Part shown: piece after piece, positions 1 to 10,357 of the stretch
Numbering within the stretch: position 1 is the stretch's first letter
Layout of the letters: every line of letters begins with the position of its first letter
Assembly: GCA_009692265.1 (NCBI GenBank)
Contig: SHZM01000006.1
Span: 3,080-67,079, forward strand
Direction: 5' to 3'
DNA from: Gammaproteobacteria bacterium
Lineage (GTDB): Bacteria; Pseudomonadota; Gammaproteobacteria; Ga0077536
DNA: 64,000 nt
Translations under genes and position numbers: made by a program
Notes under the pieces: model-generated
Told to the model about the DNA's origin: nothing
What the model saw: the letters and a program-made list of their open reading frames with translations, nothing else
Database searches by the model: none

Positions 1-12
1 CTATACAATGCC

Positions 13-870
13 GTGGTCAGCTACACAAGGACAGCGCCCATGAGTTTTATCGACGTCGTCGACAAGGTTGAAGTACCCAAGCCCGCGCGGTTCTACACCG
101 CCCCGGCGTTCGAACAGGTCTTTGGTATTCCGGTCGCGTACCGCCGCCAAGGCAAAGGCGAGGCGGTGGTATTGATGCACGGCGCGGGGTTCACGCGAAT
201 GTGGCTCCCGCTGTATGGGATGCTGTCCGAAGCGGTCGATTTCATTGCGCCGGAAGCGCCGGGCTTTGGTGAGACGCCGATCCCGAAGTGGTTTAGAAAC
301 TTCGACGACCTGACCCTGCTCTATGATCAATTGTTCAATCAGCTCGGGCTCGAGCAAATCCATCTCATCGGCTTTTCGATGGGCGGCTGGGCGGCTGCCG
401 AATTCGCTTCGTTCTACCCGCGGCGGCTGAAATCACTTGCGCTCATCACCCCGGTTGGCTTGCGACTGCCGGATAATCCGGGGGTCGACATCTTCCAGCT
501 CGCAGCCCCGGAGCTCATGGATCGCCTGTTCAAAGACAAACATGTCATGCAGGAATTCATGATTGACCCGGAGGACTTCGATGAAGGCATCCATTTGTAT
601 TCGGAGTTCGCCGCCGCCGCGCGCCTGATGTGGGCACCGCGCTATAACCTCGCGCTCGAACGGCGCCTGCAACGCCTGACCTGCCCGACCCTGGTACTCG
701 GCGGCGAGGATGACCGACTGGTCCCGAACGAAATGTCCGATCGCTATGCCACCGTGCTGCCGAATGCGCGCCTGATCCGCGTTGCCGGCACCGGGCATGA
801 GCCTTGTCTCGAACGTCCGCGCGAAGTTGCCGATGCCCTGTTAGGCCTGATTAAGGAGACCACGTCATGA
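13..870 (+). CDS. alpha/beta-fold hydrolase (MhpC-like)
   Basis: GFSMGG nucleophile-elbow (GxSxG) motif, HGAG oxyanion motif, ~285 aa. Stop overlaps the next start (ATGA at 867-870). Confidence 0.8.
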   Translation: MVSYTRTAPMSFIDVVDKVEVPKPARFYTAPAFEQVFGIPVAYRRQGKGEAVVLMHGAGFTRMWLPLYGMLSEAVDFIAPEAPGFGETPIPKWFRNFDDLTLLYDQLFNQLGLEQIHLIGFSMGGWAAAEFASFYPRRLKSLALITPVGLRLPDNPGVDIFQLAAPELMDRLFKDKHVMQEFMIDPEDFDEGIHLYSEFAAAARLMWAPRYNLALERRLQRLTCPTLVLGGEDDRLVPNEMSDRYATVLPNARLIRVAGTGHEPCLERPREVADALLGLIKETTS

Positions 871-2237
871 ACAAGCTACGCTTTTACTTCTTTCACCTGA
901 TGCCTTACCCGTTCATTCCGCCGACCGCGGAATTCCCTTCGTCGTGGGTCTCGCTGTCGAACAAGCATTACGACCCGCAACGGGGCCGCATCCTCTACCA
1001 GGAGTACATCGAGCAACTGGTGGCGGCGGAGCGCCATGGTTTCGACGGCGTCGCCATCAACGAACATCACGCCAATTTCTACGGCACCATGCCCTCGCCG
1101 AACATCATCGCGGCGATGCTCGTACAACGCACCACGCACATTCCGATCGGCGTCATCGGCAATGCCATTCCGCTGCATGGCAATCCGTTGCGGGTCGCCG
1201 AAGAAATCGCCATGCTCGATGTGATCTCGGGCGGACGCATCATTTCCGGCTTCGTGCGCGGCATCGGCTGTGAGTACTTCAACAACGGCGTGACGCCGGC
1301 CGACTCGGTCGAACGCTTCGACGAAGCCCATGACTTGATCGTGAAAGCCTGGACCGACGACGGCCCCTTTACCTGGCAGGGCGATCATTTCTACGTGCCC
1401 AACGTCAATATTATCCCCAAGCCTTTGCAGCAACCGCATCCGCCGATTTGGATCCCGGGTCAGGGCTCGCTGGAGACTCTGCAGTTCATCGCACGCCACC
1501 ATTACACCTACATGATGGTGTTCGCGCCGCTGTGGTTCACCAAGCTCGCCTTCGACGGTCTGCGCGAGGAATGCCGCCGCCTCGGTTACGACGCGCCGAA
1601 GAGCATGTTCAACGCCTGCGTGCCGACCTATGTCGCCGAGACCGACGAACAGGCCCATCGCGAAGCGAAGGCGCATCTGTCGTGGGTGTTCAACACCGGC
1701 CTCAAGATCCCGGACCAGTTGTTCTTCCCGCCCGGCTATATGACGACCAAGTCGTTCCGCAATTTCATTGGTCTGCTGAAGAAGGGCAAGGTCAAGCCGC
1801 AACAACAGTTGACCTATGACGAGTTGCTCAAAGATCGCTACATCATCGTCGGCTCAGCGGAGACCGTGAAGAACCAGCTCGGCGAGTACTGCGACGAGGT
1901 CGGCGCCGGTGGCATCCTCGCGGCCGGCTCGTCCTACGGCCCGATGCCGAACTGGATGGTGATGAAGAACATGCAGATCTTCTCGGAAGAAGTGATGCCG
2001 GCCTTCCGCGAGGCCGACGGCAAGCCCGATCATCTGCGCCTCGAACCGCCGGCGCCACGCACGCGCTCCGAGTTCGCCGCACGGAGCGGCCGGCCGGAGG
2101 AGCCGGCGCGATCGCGGGTGACCGGTTCGACCGAGCTGATTGACCACCGCTTAGCGCATCTGCCTGAGTTGATCGACAGCACGATGACGCGAGCGACAAC
2201 CGCGCGCGCGAAAGAGCGGCCAGCCTCGGCGGGATGA
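867..2237 (+). CDS. LLM-class flavin-dependent oxidoreductase (luciferase-like monooxygenase); C-terminal ~60 aa is an aberrant Arg/Pro-rich tail
   Basis: N-terminus 'LRFYFFHLMPYPF…YDPQRGRILYQEYIEQLVAAERHGFDGVAINEHH' is typical of the LLM family. The 3' end runs directly into repeat copy 1. Confidence 0.8.
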   Translation: MNKLRFYFFHLMPYPFIPPTAEFPSSWVSLSNKHYDPQRGRILYQEYIEQLVAAERHGFDGVAINEHHANFYGTMPSPNIIAAMLVQRTTHIPIGVIGNAIPLHGNPLRVAEEIAMLDVISGGRIISGFVRGIGCEYFNNGVTPADSVERFDEAHDLIVKAWTDDGPFTWQGDHFYVPNVNIIPKPLQQPHPPIWIPGQGSLETLQFIARHHYTYMMVFAPLWFTKLAFDGLREECRRLGYDAPKSMFNACVPTYVAETDEQAHREAKAHLSWVFNTGLKIPDQLFFPPGYMTTKSFRNFIGLLKKGKVKPQQQLTYDELLKDRYIIVGSAETVKNQLGEYCDEVGAGGILAAGSSYGPMPNWMVMKNMQIFSEEVMPAFREADGKPDHLRLEPPAPRTRSEFAARSGRPEEPARSRVTGSTELIDHRLAHLPELIDSTMTRATTARAKERPASAG

Positions 2238-2426
2238 GCGCCCAGCGGCCTAAAAGGTCGACATTTCGCGGCAGAAAACGCTCTCGGCGAGGCCCCGGTG
2301 TCGCGGCTCAGTGGAATTCCGGGATAGTCGGTTCTCTAAGGTGCGGACGTGCCTCTCCACGGCGCTCGACTTCAACCTCGGTGGTGCTCGATCGCGCCGA
2401 AAAGGGCGGTTGTATTTCCCTTCCGC
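2238..2426. repeat. Copy 1 (5'-truncated) of a ~200-240 bp dispersed repeat
   Basis: Near-identical to 13936-14172 and 15583-15820 ('gcgcccagcggcctaaaaggtcgacatttcgcggcag…gggcggttgtatttcc'). Confidence 0.85.
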
Positions 2427-2465
2427 ATCGCGTGTAGCTTCGAGGGCGTTCAGTAGACGCTCCGC

Positions 2466-2690
2466 CATGGGCTAACTCGCACCGGGGTCCAGCGCGGCGG
2501 CCATCGTCTGCACCGGCTGGGCACCTTGGCAGAAATTACCGATTGCAATCGATCCGTTGCCGATGATGTGGCTCTTGTGATCGTAGGCATTGTCACCGGT
2601 GTAGCCATAGACCTCGCCACTTGCCGTCACCACCCCAATCTGGCGCCACGAGAAGTAGCTGTCGCTACGGCGTAGCTCATCTTCATATTT
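2466..2690 (-). pseudogene. C-terminal remnant of an unidentified gene (N-terminus missing or frameshifted)
   Basis: Minus-strand translation '…SYFSWRQIGVVTASGEVYGYTGDNAYDHKSHIIGNGSIAIGNFCQGAQPVQTMAAALD*' is protein-like, but no intact start or upstream domain is present. Confidence 0.25.
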
Positions 2691-3005
2691 GCGGAGAACT
2701 TTTTCCTTGCTGGCGCAGTTCGTTCATTCGATAAGCATTGAGTGGATTTGCCGTAGCCTGTGCCGTGACGATGAATCAGTTCGGATCCCAGTGTGGCAGG
2801 AGTCTAAAATGCAAAGGGGTAATGCGCTCGGCGTTCAGGGTGATCGTGCACAAAGCAATGTCGATTTCCTGGCGTTCGGGATTGGTGGCGAGTACGGCAT
2901 CCATCATGGTGCTGACGTCGTAACGTTATCGGGGATACTCTAACCAATGTCCATGTCACTAGCGCGTCAGAGTTTTCTTAAACCTCTTCCGGAGCGTGCA
3001 TTGCA

Positions 3006-3887
3006 ATGAATCCATCCATCGCCCATCGTCGCGCCGCGTTTGCGGAACGGATCCGCGCGCGCGAGTTCACGCTCGCGCCCGGCATCTTCGATTTTATTTC
3101 GCTGCGGATTGCCGATCAGGTGGGTTTCGATGCTCTGTATCTCAGCGGCTATGCCTCGATCGCCTCGAATCTTGGCTTGCCCGATGCAGGGCTCGCGTCC
3201 TATGCCGAGATGGTGGCGATGGCTACCAAGTTTGCGCAGTCCACGACCACGCCGATTGTGGCGGACGCGGATACCGGGTTTGGTGACCTACTGAATATTC
3301 ATCACACTGTTCGCGGGTACGAACGGGCCGGCGTCTGTGCGATTCAACTGGAAGACCAAGAGTTTCCCAAAAAATGCGGCCATACCACCGGCCGGCGCGT
3401 GGTCGCCCGTGCCCAAATGGTGCGTCGTATCGAGATCGCCGTCGCCGCGCGTGAGGATCCCAACCTACTGATCGTCGCGCGTACCGATGCGCGTACTGCG
3501 TTAGGGCTGGAGGAGGCGATCGCACGCGCCATCGCTTATCGCGCCGCGGGCGCCGATGTCATTTTCGTCGAGTCACCCGAAACACGCGGAGAATTCGCGG
3601 CGATTGGTGCGCGGGTTGATGCGCCGCTCGTGGCCAATATGGTAGAAAGCGGCCGTTCACCCGTGTTACCCAAAGATGAACTCGTCGCGCTCGGGTTTAC
3701 CCTCGCAATCTATCCGGGCACCGGCATGTGCGCCATGGCAGCAGCGCTGAATTTCGCTTTCGCAGCGCTAAAAGAAGTTGGTCATAGCGACGGCACGCGG
3801 GTGCCGCTCGCGAGTTTACAGACCATGCACGACATCACCGGATTCCCCGCCGTGTGGGCCCTCGAAGAAAAGTGGCAAGGAGACTGA
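3006..3887 (+). CDS. Isocitrate lyase/PEP mutase family protein (methylisocitrate lyase / carboxyvinyl-carboxyphosphonate phosphorylmutase-like)
   Basis: 293 aa with 'LYLSGYA…PIVADADTGFG' and other ICL/PEPM-superfamily signature regions. Confidence 0.85.
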   Translation: MNPSIAHRRAAFAERIRAREFTLAPGIFDFISLRIADQVGFDALYLSGYASIASNLGLPDAGLASYAEMVAMATKFAQSTTTPIVADADTGFGDLLNIHHTVRGYERAGVCAIQLEDQEFPKKCGHTTGRRVVARAQMVRRIEIAVAAREDPNLLIVARTDARTALGLEEAIARAIAYRAAGADVIFVESPETRGEFAAIGARVDAPLVANMVESGRSPVLPKDELVALGFTLAIYPGTGMCAMAAALNFAFAALKEVGHSDGTRVPLASLQTMHDITGFPAVWALEEKWQGD

Positions 3888-3890
3888 ACA

Positions 3891-4964
3891 ATGCCAACAC
3901 CCCGCGCACCCTTGTCCTTGGGCTTATTCATGCCCAATTGCAGCTACGCGTATTCGATTAGCACCTACAAACCCGAGGTGGATGACTGGACCTATGCGTC
4001 CAACCTCAAGATCGCACAAGCCGCGGAACGCGCCGGTTTTGATTTTCTATTTCCAGTCGCCAAGTGGAAAGGCTACGGCGGCAAGACGAATTACTTAGGA
4101 ACCTCGCTGGAGACGATGACCTGGGCGAGCGCGTTGTTAGCAAACACGCAACGCATTCAAGTGTTCTCCACCGTACATGTGCCAATCTTTCATCCTTTGG
4201 TGGCCGCCAAAATGGGTGCGACGCTCGATCATATTAGCAATGGTCGATGGGGCCTTAATGTCGTGAGTGGCTGGAGCGAACGCGAGTTCGGGCAAATGCA
4301 TATAGACGTGATTCCGCACGCGGAACGCTATGCACGAACATCGGATTACATTGAAATCATCAAAGCGTTGTGGACCGGTGAACCAGGCACGATTAACCAC
4401 CATTCGCAGTGGTACCAGATTACCGATGGCTGGGTGATGCCGCAGCCGACGCGCCGTCCCCATCCACCAATTGCGAACGCCGGGGTGTCCGACGATGCCA
4501 AGGAGATGGCGGCGCGTTGGTGCGATTGGGCGTTTATCTCACTACCGTCGGCGGCCGCGACTGCCGAGGTTACGAGTGACATCAAGGCCCGTGCACGACG
4601 CCACGGCCGGGAGATCAAATGCGCGGGTTATCCCTTTGTGCTGTGGCGAGATACCGAACGCGAAGTCGCTGATGAGCGTAGACGCATCATTGAACACTGT
4701 GATCGCGAAGCCGTAGAAAATTGGGCACGCGGGTTAGCGCCGCATAGCGGGTCTTTCGATAACTTCAGTGTGGAGATGTTCACGCTGGGTGGCGGCGCAC
4801 TACCGATATTTGGCACGCGTGAGCAGGTCGCGGAACAGATAGATCAGCTATACCGCGCGGGACTCGATGGCATGCTGATGGTGTTTCTTTCATATTACGA
4901 CGACACCTTACGCTTTGAGCAAGAGATAATGCCGTTGTTGCGGCAGCTCGGTACCGTCGGTTAG
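3891..4964 (+). CDS. LLM-class flavin-dependent oxidoreductase
   Basis: 357 aa with the LLM-family N-terminal pattern 'LSLGLFMPN…AERAGFDFLF'. Starts 4 nt after the preceding gene. Confidence 0.85.
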   Translation: MPTPRAPLSLGLFMPNCSYAYSISTYKPEVDDWTYASNLKIAQAAERAGFDFLFPVAKWKGYGGKTNYLGTSLETMTWASALLANTQRIQVFSTVHVPIFHPLVAAKMGATLDHISNGRWGLNVVSGWSEREFGQMHIDVIPHAERYARTSDYIEIIKALWTGEPGTINHHSQWYQITDGWVMPQPTRRPHPPIANAGVSDDAKEMAARWCDWAFISLPSAAATAEVTSDIKARARRHGREIKCAGYPFVLWRDTEREVADERRRIIEHCDREAVENWARGLAPHSGSFDNFSVEMFTLGGGALPIFGTREQVAEQIDQLYRAGLDGMLMVFLSYYDDTLRFEQEIMPLLRQLGTVG

Positions 4965-5132
4965 CAGCCTAATCGGTAAAACCTGCTGGCATAGGAACAA
5001 TTGAAGGCTGCTAAGTTGCATCGCCTGCTACACATCCTCGATGCGAGACTGCTCGAATTGCCTGGTACTGTTGAAAGTCAGTCGAGGAAGCGGTGGCTAA
5101 ATACTAGATGATGTGATTCGAGGAGAGGACAT

Positions 5133-7151
5133 ATGGGGCGTGTACGCGTAGCAGTGGATATCGGTGGCACCTTCACCGACATTTGCATACTCGACGAGGA
5201 CACCCATGCGCTGCGGGTCTTGAAATTACCCTCCTCTCAAGACCCGATCGACGCGGCACTCGATGGCCTTACCAAAGCGGGGTTGCACCTTGCGGACGTT
5301 TCTCTCTTCGCACACGGCACCACCGTCGCCACCAATGCGTTAATTCAACGCAATCTACCGCCTACGGCAATGGTGGTGACAGCGGGTTTCCGAGATGTTA
5401 TCGAAATCGGCAACTCGACCAAGGAAGATTTGTGGGACGCCTACCGCGATAACCCGCCACCTTATATACGACGACGGGACCGCTTACCGATCGCGGAACG
5501 AACCGATGCTTCCGGCAAAGTAGAACAGGCGATTGACCCGCTCGAAGCGCGGACCCTCGCGAGCAAACTTCGCAAACGTGGTTATCAATCCGTTGCGATC
5601 TGCTTTATGAACTCATTTGCAAACGCGGCCAATGAGAAAGCCATGAAGACGCTCTTGCAACAGGAACTTCCGGGGGTGGCGATCTGCACATCCGCCGAAG
5701 TGCTGCCCGAGATTTTTGAACATGATCGTTTCTCGACCACTGTCATTAATGCCGTACTGCGACCTGTCGTCGGCGAATACGCACTGCGCTTGCAAGAGCG
5801 ATTGAAGCAGGGCGGTTACCGCAGCGATGTGTTGCTCCTCCATAGCGGCGGCGGGGTGATGACACCCAAAAGTGTCGATACTCATGCTGCTCGTTTGGCG
5901 AGTTCGGGAATTGCCGCCGGGGCGATCGCGAATCGTTACATTGGCCAATTGTGTGGCTTTCCGAATTCGATTGGGTTTGACATGGGAGGTACCAGCACCG
6001 ATGTGTCGTTGGCGTGGCAAGGGCAACTGACTACCACACGCGATTGGCACATCGAATACGGACATCCAGTGTGTTTTCCAAGTATCGATATTAAAACCAT
6101 CGGCGCCGGTGGTGGCTCGATTGCGTGGATCGATGAAGCGGGGTCACTCCGCAACGGCCCGCAGTCAGCTGGCGCGTCCCCGGGACCGGCGTGTTACGGC
6201 CGCGGCGGCGAGAACCCGACGAATACTGACGCCAATTTAGTGCTGGGACGTCTTGATGGAAGCTTGGTGGGAGGAGATCTCAAATTAGACGTAAAGCGCG
6301 CTATAACGGCAATCGAGTCAAAGATCGCCCGCCCGCTCGGCATGGATTTAATCAGCGCGGCGAGGGCTATTATCAAAGTAGCGAACGGCAACATGTCCGA
6401 CGCGATAAGGTTAGTGTCAATCATGCGCGGGTATGATCCACGCGACTTCGCATTAGTCGCGTTCGGGGGCGCCGGTGCGCTGCACGGGGCGGCGTTGGCT
6501 CGGGATCTTTCGATCCCCTCGGTTATTGTGCCGCCACACCCTGGTGTTACGTCAGCGCTGGGGTGCCTGCTCGTGGATATTCGCCACGATCTGTTGACGA
6601 CTTTTGTGCGTGATGCCTCGAGTGTCGATCCGCATGAAATCGATCTCGAGTTTCAAAAACTCGAAGCGGAAGCGCGGGAGCGGCTGCACCATGAAGGCGT
6701 TGGTGATCAAAACGTCGTGCTCCAACGAACCATCGACATGCGCTATCAAGGCCAATGGCGATCGCTGTCAGTACCTGCCAGTACCCCATTCATCGATATG
6801 CACGAAGCCATTCAAAGCTTCAGTACAGCTCATCAACGTGAATATCACTATCAACGGGTGGGCGCCGGTATTGAAGTTTTTCGCCTGAGCTTAACGGCCA
6901 TTGGTTTAACCCCCAAAGCTGAACTAGCAAAGCATGTACCGCGCCATGACATACCAGTGCCGTATACCAAGCGACCGGTTATTTTCGACGAAGACACTTG
7001 TGAGTCTTCGATTTATCAGCGCGATGACTTACACAGCGGCGCTAGATTCAGTGGGCCAGCGGTGGTGCAACAACTCGACGCGACGACCGTGGTGCCGCCC
7101 GGTGTTAGCGTCACCGTGGACCCGTGGCTTAACCTAATCATGACAGTGTGA
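5133..7151 (+). CDS. hyuA: Hydantoinase/oxoprolinase family protein, A subunit
   Basis: N-terminus 'VRVAVDIGGTFTDICILD' is diagnostic of hydantoinase A / acetone-carboxylase beta. 672 aa. Immediately followed by the B subunit. Confidence 0.9.
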   Translation: MGRVRVAVDIGGTFTDICILDEDTHALRVLKLPSSQDPIDAALDGLTKAGLHLADVSLFAHGTTVATNALIQRNLPPTAMVVTAGFRDVIEIGNSTKEDLWDAYRDNPPPYIRRRDRLPIAERTDASGKVEQAIDPLEARTLASKLRKRGYQSVAICFMNSFANAANEKAMKTLLQQELPGVAICTSAEVLPEIFEHDRFSTTVINAVLRPVVGEYALRLQERLKQGGYRSDVLLLHSGGGVMTPKSVDTHAARLASSGIAAGAIANRYIGQLCGFPNSIGFDMGGTSTDVSLAWQGQLTTTRDWHIEYGHPVCFPSIDIKTIGAGGGSIAWIDEAGSLRNGPQSAGASPGPACYGRGGENPTNTDANLVLGRLDGSLVGGDLKLDVKRAITAIESKIARPLGMDLISAARAIIKVANGNMSDAIRLVSIMRGYDPRDFALVAFGGAGALHGAALARDLSIPSVIVPPHPGVTSALGCLLVDIRHDLLTTFVRDASSVDPHEIDLEFQKLEAEARERLHHEGVGDQNVVLQRTIDMRYQGQWRSLSVPASTPFIDMHEAIQSFSTAHQREYHYQRVGAGIEVFRLSLTAIGLTPKAELAKHVPRHDIPVPYTKRPVIFDEDTCESSIYQRDDLHSGARFSGPAVVQQLDATTVVPPGVSVTVDPWLNLIMTV

Positions 7152-7161
7152 AGGTTCTAAT

Positions 7162-9126
7162 ATGGATACGCCCGTGCGGGCCGGAACGACGCTCGATCCG
7201 GTCACTTTCGAAGTCTTACGCAATGCACTCGTCAACATTGTTGACCAAATGGCCGAACAGGTGCGTCGCACTTGTTTTTCATTCGTCGTCTACAACCGTG
7301 ATTTCTCTAACGCCTTATGTGATGCGGATGGAAATACCGTCGCCCAAGGGAATCAAGATTTAGCCGCGCACGTTGGTACCTTGCATTACACCTGCAAGGC
7401 AGTGTTGGAGGAATTCCGCGGTGAGATTCACCCGGGCGATGTGTTTCTTATCAATGATCCTTATGTCGGGGGCACACATTTCAGTGACACCCGCGTTTTG
7501 TTGCCGATTTTCGTTCAGGATGAACTGATTGCCTGGGCGCAAGCGAATGGTCATTGGGCTGATATGGGCGGTAGCGTACCGGGTTCTTTCGATGTCACGG
7601 CGCGCGATATGTTTAAAGAAGGGATTCGCATACCACCCGTTAAGATCTGGAGGCGCGGCGAATTCTGCGCGGACGTGGCAAAACTGATCGCGAAAAACAC
7701 CCGCGATCCCGCCGCGATTCTCGGTGACATGGAAGCACAGACGCAAGCGACACGCATTGCCGAGCGCGAACTACTTAGGTTATGCACCAAGTACGGGGTC
7801 GCAACCGTCAAAACCGCGTTTGCAGAAGTGCAAGACTATGTAGAGCGCGCGGTTCGCTTACGCCTGAGTGAGTTACCAGATGGTAGTTGGGAGACGGTCG
7901 ATTTTATTGATCAGGACCCAAGTGAAAGCGAGGGGCTTATCCCGATCCGGGTCAAAATGACGATCCGCGGGGATAGCATAGAATTTGACTTAAGCGGTTC
8001 ACATCCAACCATCGGGACTATCTATAACTGTGCATTCGGTGCCACGTTCGCGGCAATCGTGTCCGGCATGAAAACCTTCTTTCCGGATGTCCCTTTGAAT
8101 GCGGGGCTTTACCGTACGATCAAAGTCATTGCACCCGACGACACCGTTATCAGTGCACGGTGGCCAGTGGCGGTTTCCGGTTTTGTCATGGGGTTTGAAA
8201 AGATCATGAATGCGATCTTCGAACTCTTCTCGCAAGTGATGCCGGAAAGAGCGATGGCCTGTGCGTTCAATATTGAATACTTACAAACGGGGGGCTTCGA
8301 TGCACGCGGTGAGAAGCGAACCTTTTTTATGCTTTACGACTGGCTATCCGGCGGATGGGGTGGACGCAACGGCAAAGACGGTCTAGGGGTTACTGCCTCA
8401 TGCTTTGGTGTAGGCCTCATGACCCAACCGGTAGAAGGTCAAGAAAGAATGTGTCCGGTGCGTACGGATCGCATGGAGATCGTCATCGACAGTGGCGGTC
8501 CGGGCGAATTTCGCGGTGGTGTTGGACTAGATAAGGGCGGCACGTTGCTGGAAGTTGAGCGTTGCGTGTTCTCTTATTTTTGCGATCGCGAACGCTCAAT
8601 TGTATGGGGAATTAACGGCGGTTTGCCCGCTCGCCCCCATGGCTTGTGGTTAGAGCGGCCAGGCGAAGAGGCGCGCTTTTTGGGTGCCATGTTTTCCGAT
8701 GTACCCGTCACTAGTGGCACGAAATTTTGGCGAGGGACCTCGGGCGGCGGCGGTTACGGAGACCCGCTCAAGCGCGATCCGCGTCGTGTACTGGAAGACG
8801 TGGTCGATGACTATGTGTCCCTCGAGCGTGCGCGCCAAGACTACGGTGTCGTACTCGAACTAGTAGACGAAGACCTTGCGGAGTACACCATTAACGCGCA
8901 GGCGACGCGCGAAACACGCGCCTACATCGCCACTAATCGTAAACGTTGGCTCGACGAGGATCCGGCAACGGTCTCCGCACGCTTTCGCGCCCGTGAACTG
9001 GACCTTTACGACGTCATCCGCCGCTATGGTGTAATCTGTGATTGGGGAACAGGCCACCTACTGCCCGCGACTACTCGCGATTTCCGAGCGATGATGCAGA
9101 AGCGGTGCGTCCCTTATTGGACTTAG
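7162..9126 (+). CDS. hyuB: Hydantoinase B/oxoprolinase family protein
   Basis: N-terminus 'LDPVTFEVLRNALVNIVDQMAEQVRRTCFSFVVYNRDFSNALCDADGN' is characteristic of hydantoinase B. 654 aa. Confidence 0.9.
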   Translation: MDTPVRAGTTLDPVTFEVLRNALVNIVDQMAEQVRRTCFSFVVYNRDFSNALCDADGNTVAQGNQDLAAHVGTLHYTCKAVLEEFRGEIHPGDVFLINDPYVGGTHFSDTRVLLPIFVQDELIAWAQANGHWADMGGSVPGSFDVTARDMFKEGIRIPPVKIWRRGEFCADVAKLIAKNTRDPAAILGDMEAQTQATRIAERELLRLCTKYGVATVKTAFAEVQDYVERAVRLRLSELPDGSWETVDFIDQDPSESEGLIPIRVKMTIRGDSIEFDLSGSHPTIGTIYNCAFGATFAAIVSGMKTFFPDVPLNAGLYRTIKVIAPDDTVISARWPVAVSGFVMGFEKIMNAIFELFSQVMPERAMACAFNIEYLQTGGFDARGEKRTFFMLYDWLSGGWGGRNGKDGLGVTASCFGVGLMTQPVEGQERMCPVRTDRMEIVIDSGGPGEFRGGVGLDKGGTLLEVERCVFSYFCDRERSIVWGINGGLPARPHGLWLERPGEEARFLGAMFSDVPVTSGTKFWRGTSGGGGYGDPLKRDPRRVLEDVVDDYVSLERARQDYGVVLELVDEDLAEYTINAQATRETRAYIATNRKRWLDEDPATVSARFRARELDLYDVIRRYGVICDWGTGHLLPATTRDFRAMMQKRCVPYWT

Positions 9127-9269
9127 ATCGAGGACGTTGGCTAGACATTAGACGCTATTCAAATTCGCGTACCGCGACGATACTGGGGCCTGGTTGGTCA
9201 CGCGCGAGTTACACGATGTTTATTCAAAGCTTATCTGGCAGCACGCTTCGCGAGGTACGTAGGCGAACG

Positions 9270-10232
9270 ATGGAGTGCTTGGCTGCCATGCTGGCGCTGA
9301 ACCTCGCAACGAGTGCATGTGCTGAGGATAAGGTCGGCGCGAGCGCCTACGGCCCCGCGGATGAGGTCGGCGCATTAAATGTCCTGACCGACTCCACACG
9401 GCTCGCCGTGCTACAGCGAATTGCCAGCGGCAAGATTTACGACCTCAGCGTGGAGAGTTTTCCTGGAATGCCCGGGTTGGTGCACCTCGGCATGGGCGAC
9501 CCCGAATACCATCACTGGATGACGCACACGCCGGAAGGACTCGCGATCGAGGGTTTGAATCCCGGCGACCCGCAGCATCCCATCGGGTTGTACGACGATG
9601 CGATAATTATGTCTGTCCACACCGGTACCCATATCGATGCGCTGAATCATGCGGGCTACGGTGATCAGATCTATAACGGCTTCAAGCGCTCCGAACATCT
9701 TGGTAACAAGGGCTGGAAGGTCGCCGGCGCGGATCGCATTCCCGCCATCATCACGCGTGGCGTGCTGATCGACGTTGCAGGTTGGAAGAAGCTCAACGTG
9801 CTACCACCGTCCTACGAAATTACGCCGTCCGATCTCGAAGCAGCACTCGCCGCACAAGGCACCTCACTGCAAAAAGGCGACGCGGTGTTCATTCGCACTG
9901 GCCGGATGACGTTATGGCCAGACCCCACGACGTACGTGCCTCACGAACCGGGTATCGCACAACCGGGCGCCGCTTGGCTGATTGAGCATGGGGCCGTCAC
10001 GATGGGCGCCGATACGATCGCGTTCGAACGTCTGCCCATCAAGGGCAAAGCCGTCCACAGCTTTGTATTTGCAGAACGCGGCGTCACGATCATGGAGAAC
10101 GTCTGGTTGGAGGATCTCGCGAGCGACAGATGCTATGAGTTCGTGTTGTTTGCAGCACCAATCAAACTGCGGGGTGCGACAGGTGCGCCGATCCGACCCT
10201 TCGCTTTACCGATAAAAATAACATCGAAGTAG
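9270..10232 (+). CDS. Cyclase family protein (kynurenine formamidase-like, PF04199)
   Basis: 'HTGTHIDALNH' matches the HxGTHxDxxxH cyclase motif. The ORF-track start at 9042 overlaps hyuB. The internal ATG at 9270 (MECLAAMLALNLATSACA, signal-peptide-like) is the more plausible start. Confidence 0.75.
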   Translation: MECLAAMLALNLATSACAEDKVGASAYGPADEVGALNVLTDSTRLAVLQRIASGKIYDLSVESFPGMPGLVHLGMGDPEYHHWMTHTPEGLAIEGLNPGDPQHPIGLYDDAIIMSVHTGTHIDALNHAGYGDQIYNGFKRSEHLGNKGWKVAGADRIPAIITRGVLIDVAGWKKLNVLPPSYEITPSDLEAALAAQGTSLQKGDAVFIRTGRMTLWPDPTTYVPHEPGIAQPGAAWLIEHGAVTMGADTIAFERLPIKGKAVHSFVFAERGVTIMENVWLEDLASDRCYEFVLFAAPIKLRGATGAPIRPFALPIKITSK

Positions 10233-10357
10233 CGATCGGATGCCTAGGTACCGAACTTGCAGCTATCGCGGATATCGCGGCGAATCCCTCAGCTGCAGCA
10301 GTCAAGCTGCTCTAGCTTGATTGATTTTTCCGCGCGAAAAAACTCGATTACCACCGA

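Noticed and set aside
876-1805. 309-aa minus-strand ORF antisense to the LLM oxidoreductase
   Set aside because: It lies entirely within a well-supported plus-strand gene and has an Arg/Ala-rich low-complexity translation. This is a typical GC-rich shadow ORF.
9042-9269. N-terminal 76 codons of the cyclase ORF as given in the track
   Set aside because: This part overlaps the hyuB 3' end in another frame and is not protein-like. The internal ATG at 9270 gives a signal-peptide-like start.
10320-10345. Palindrome 'tttttccgcgcgaaaaaa' between convergent cyclase and nitroreductase genes as a bidirectional terminator
   Set aside because: The GC core (cgcgcg) is too short to form a stable stem with a ≥3-nt loop. 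Pairing would be mostly A·U, so terminator strength is doubtful.
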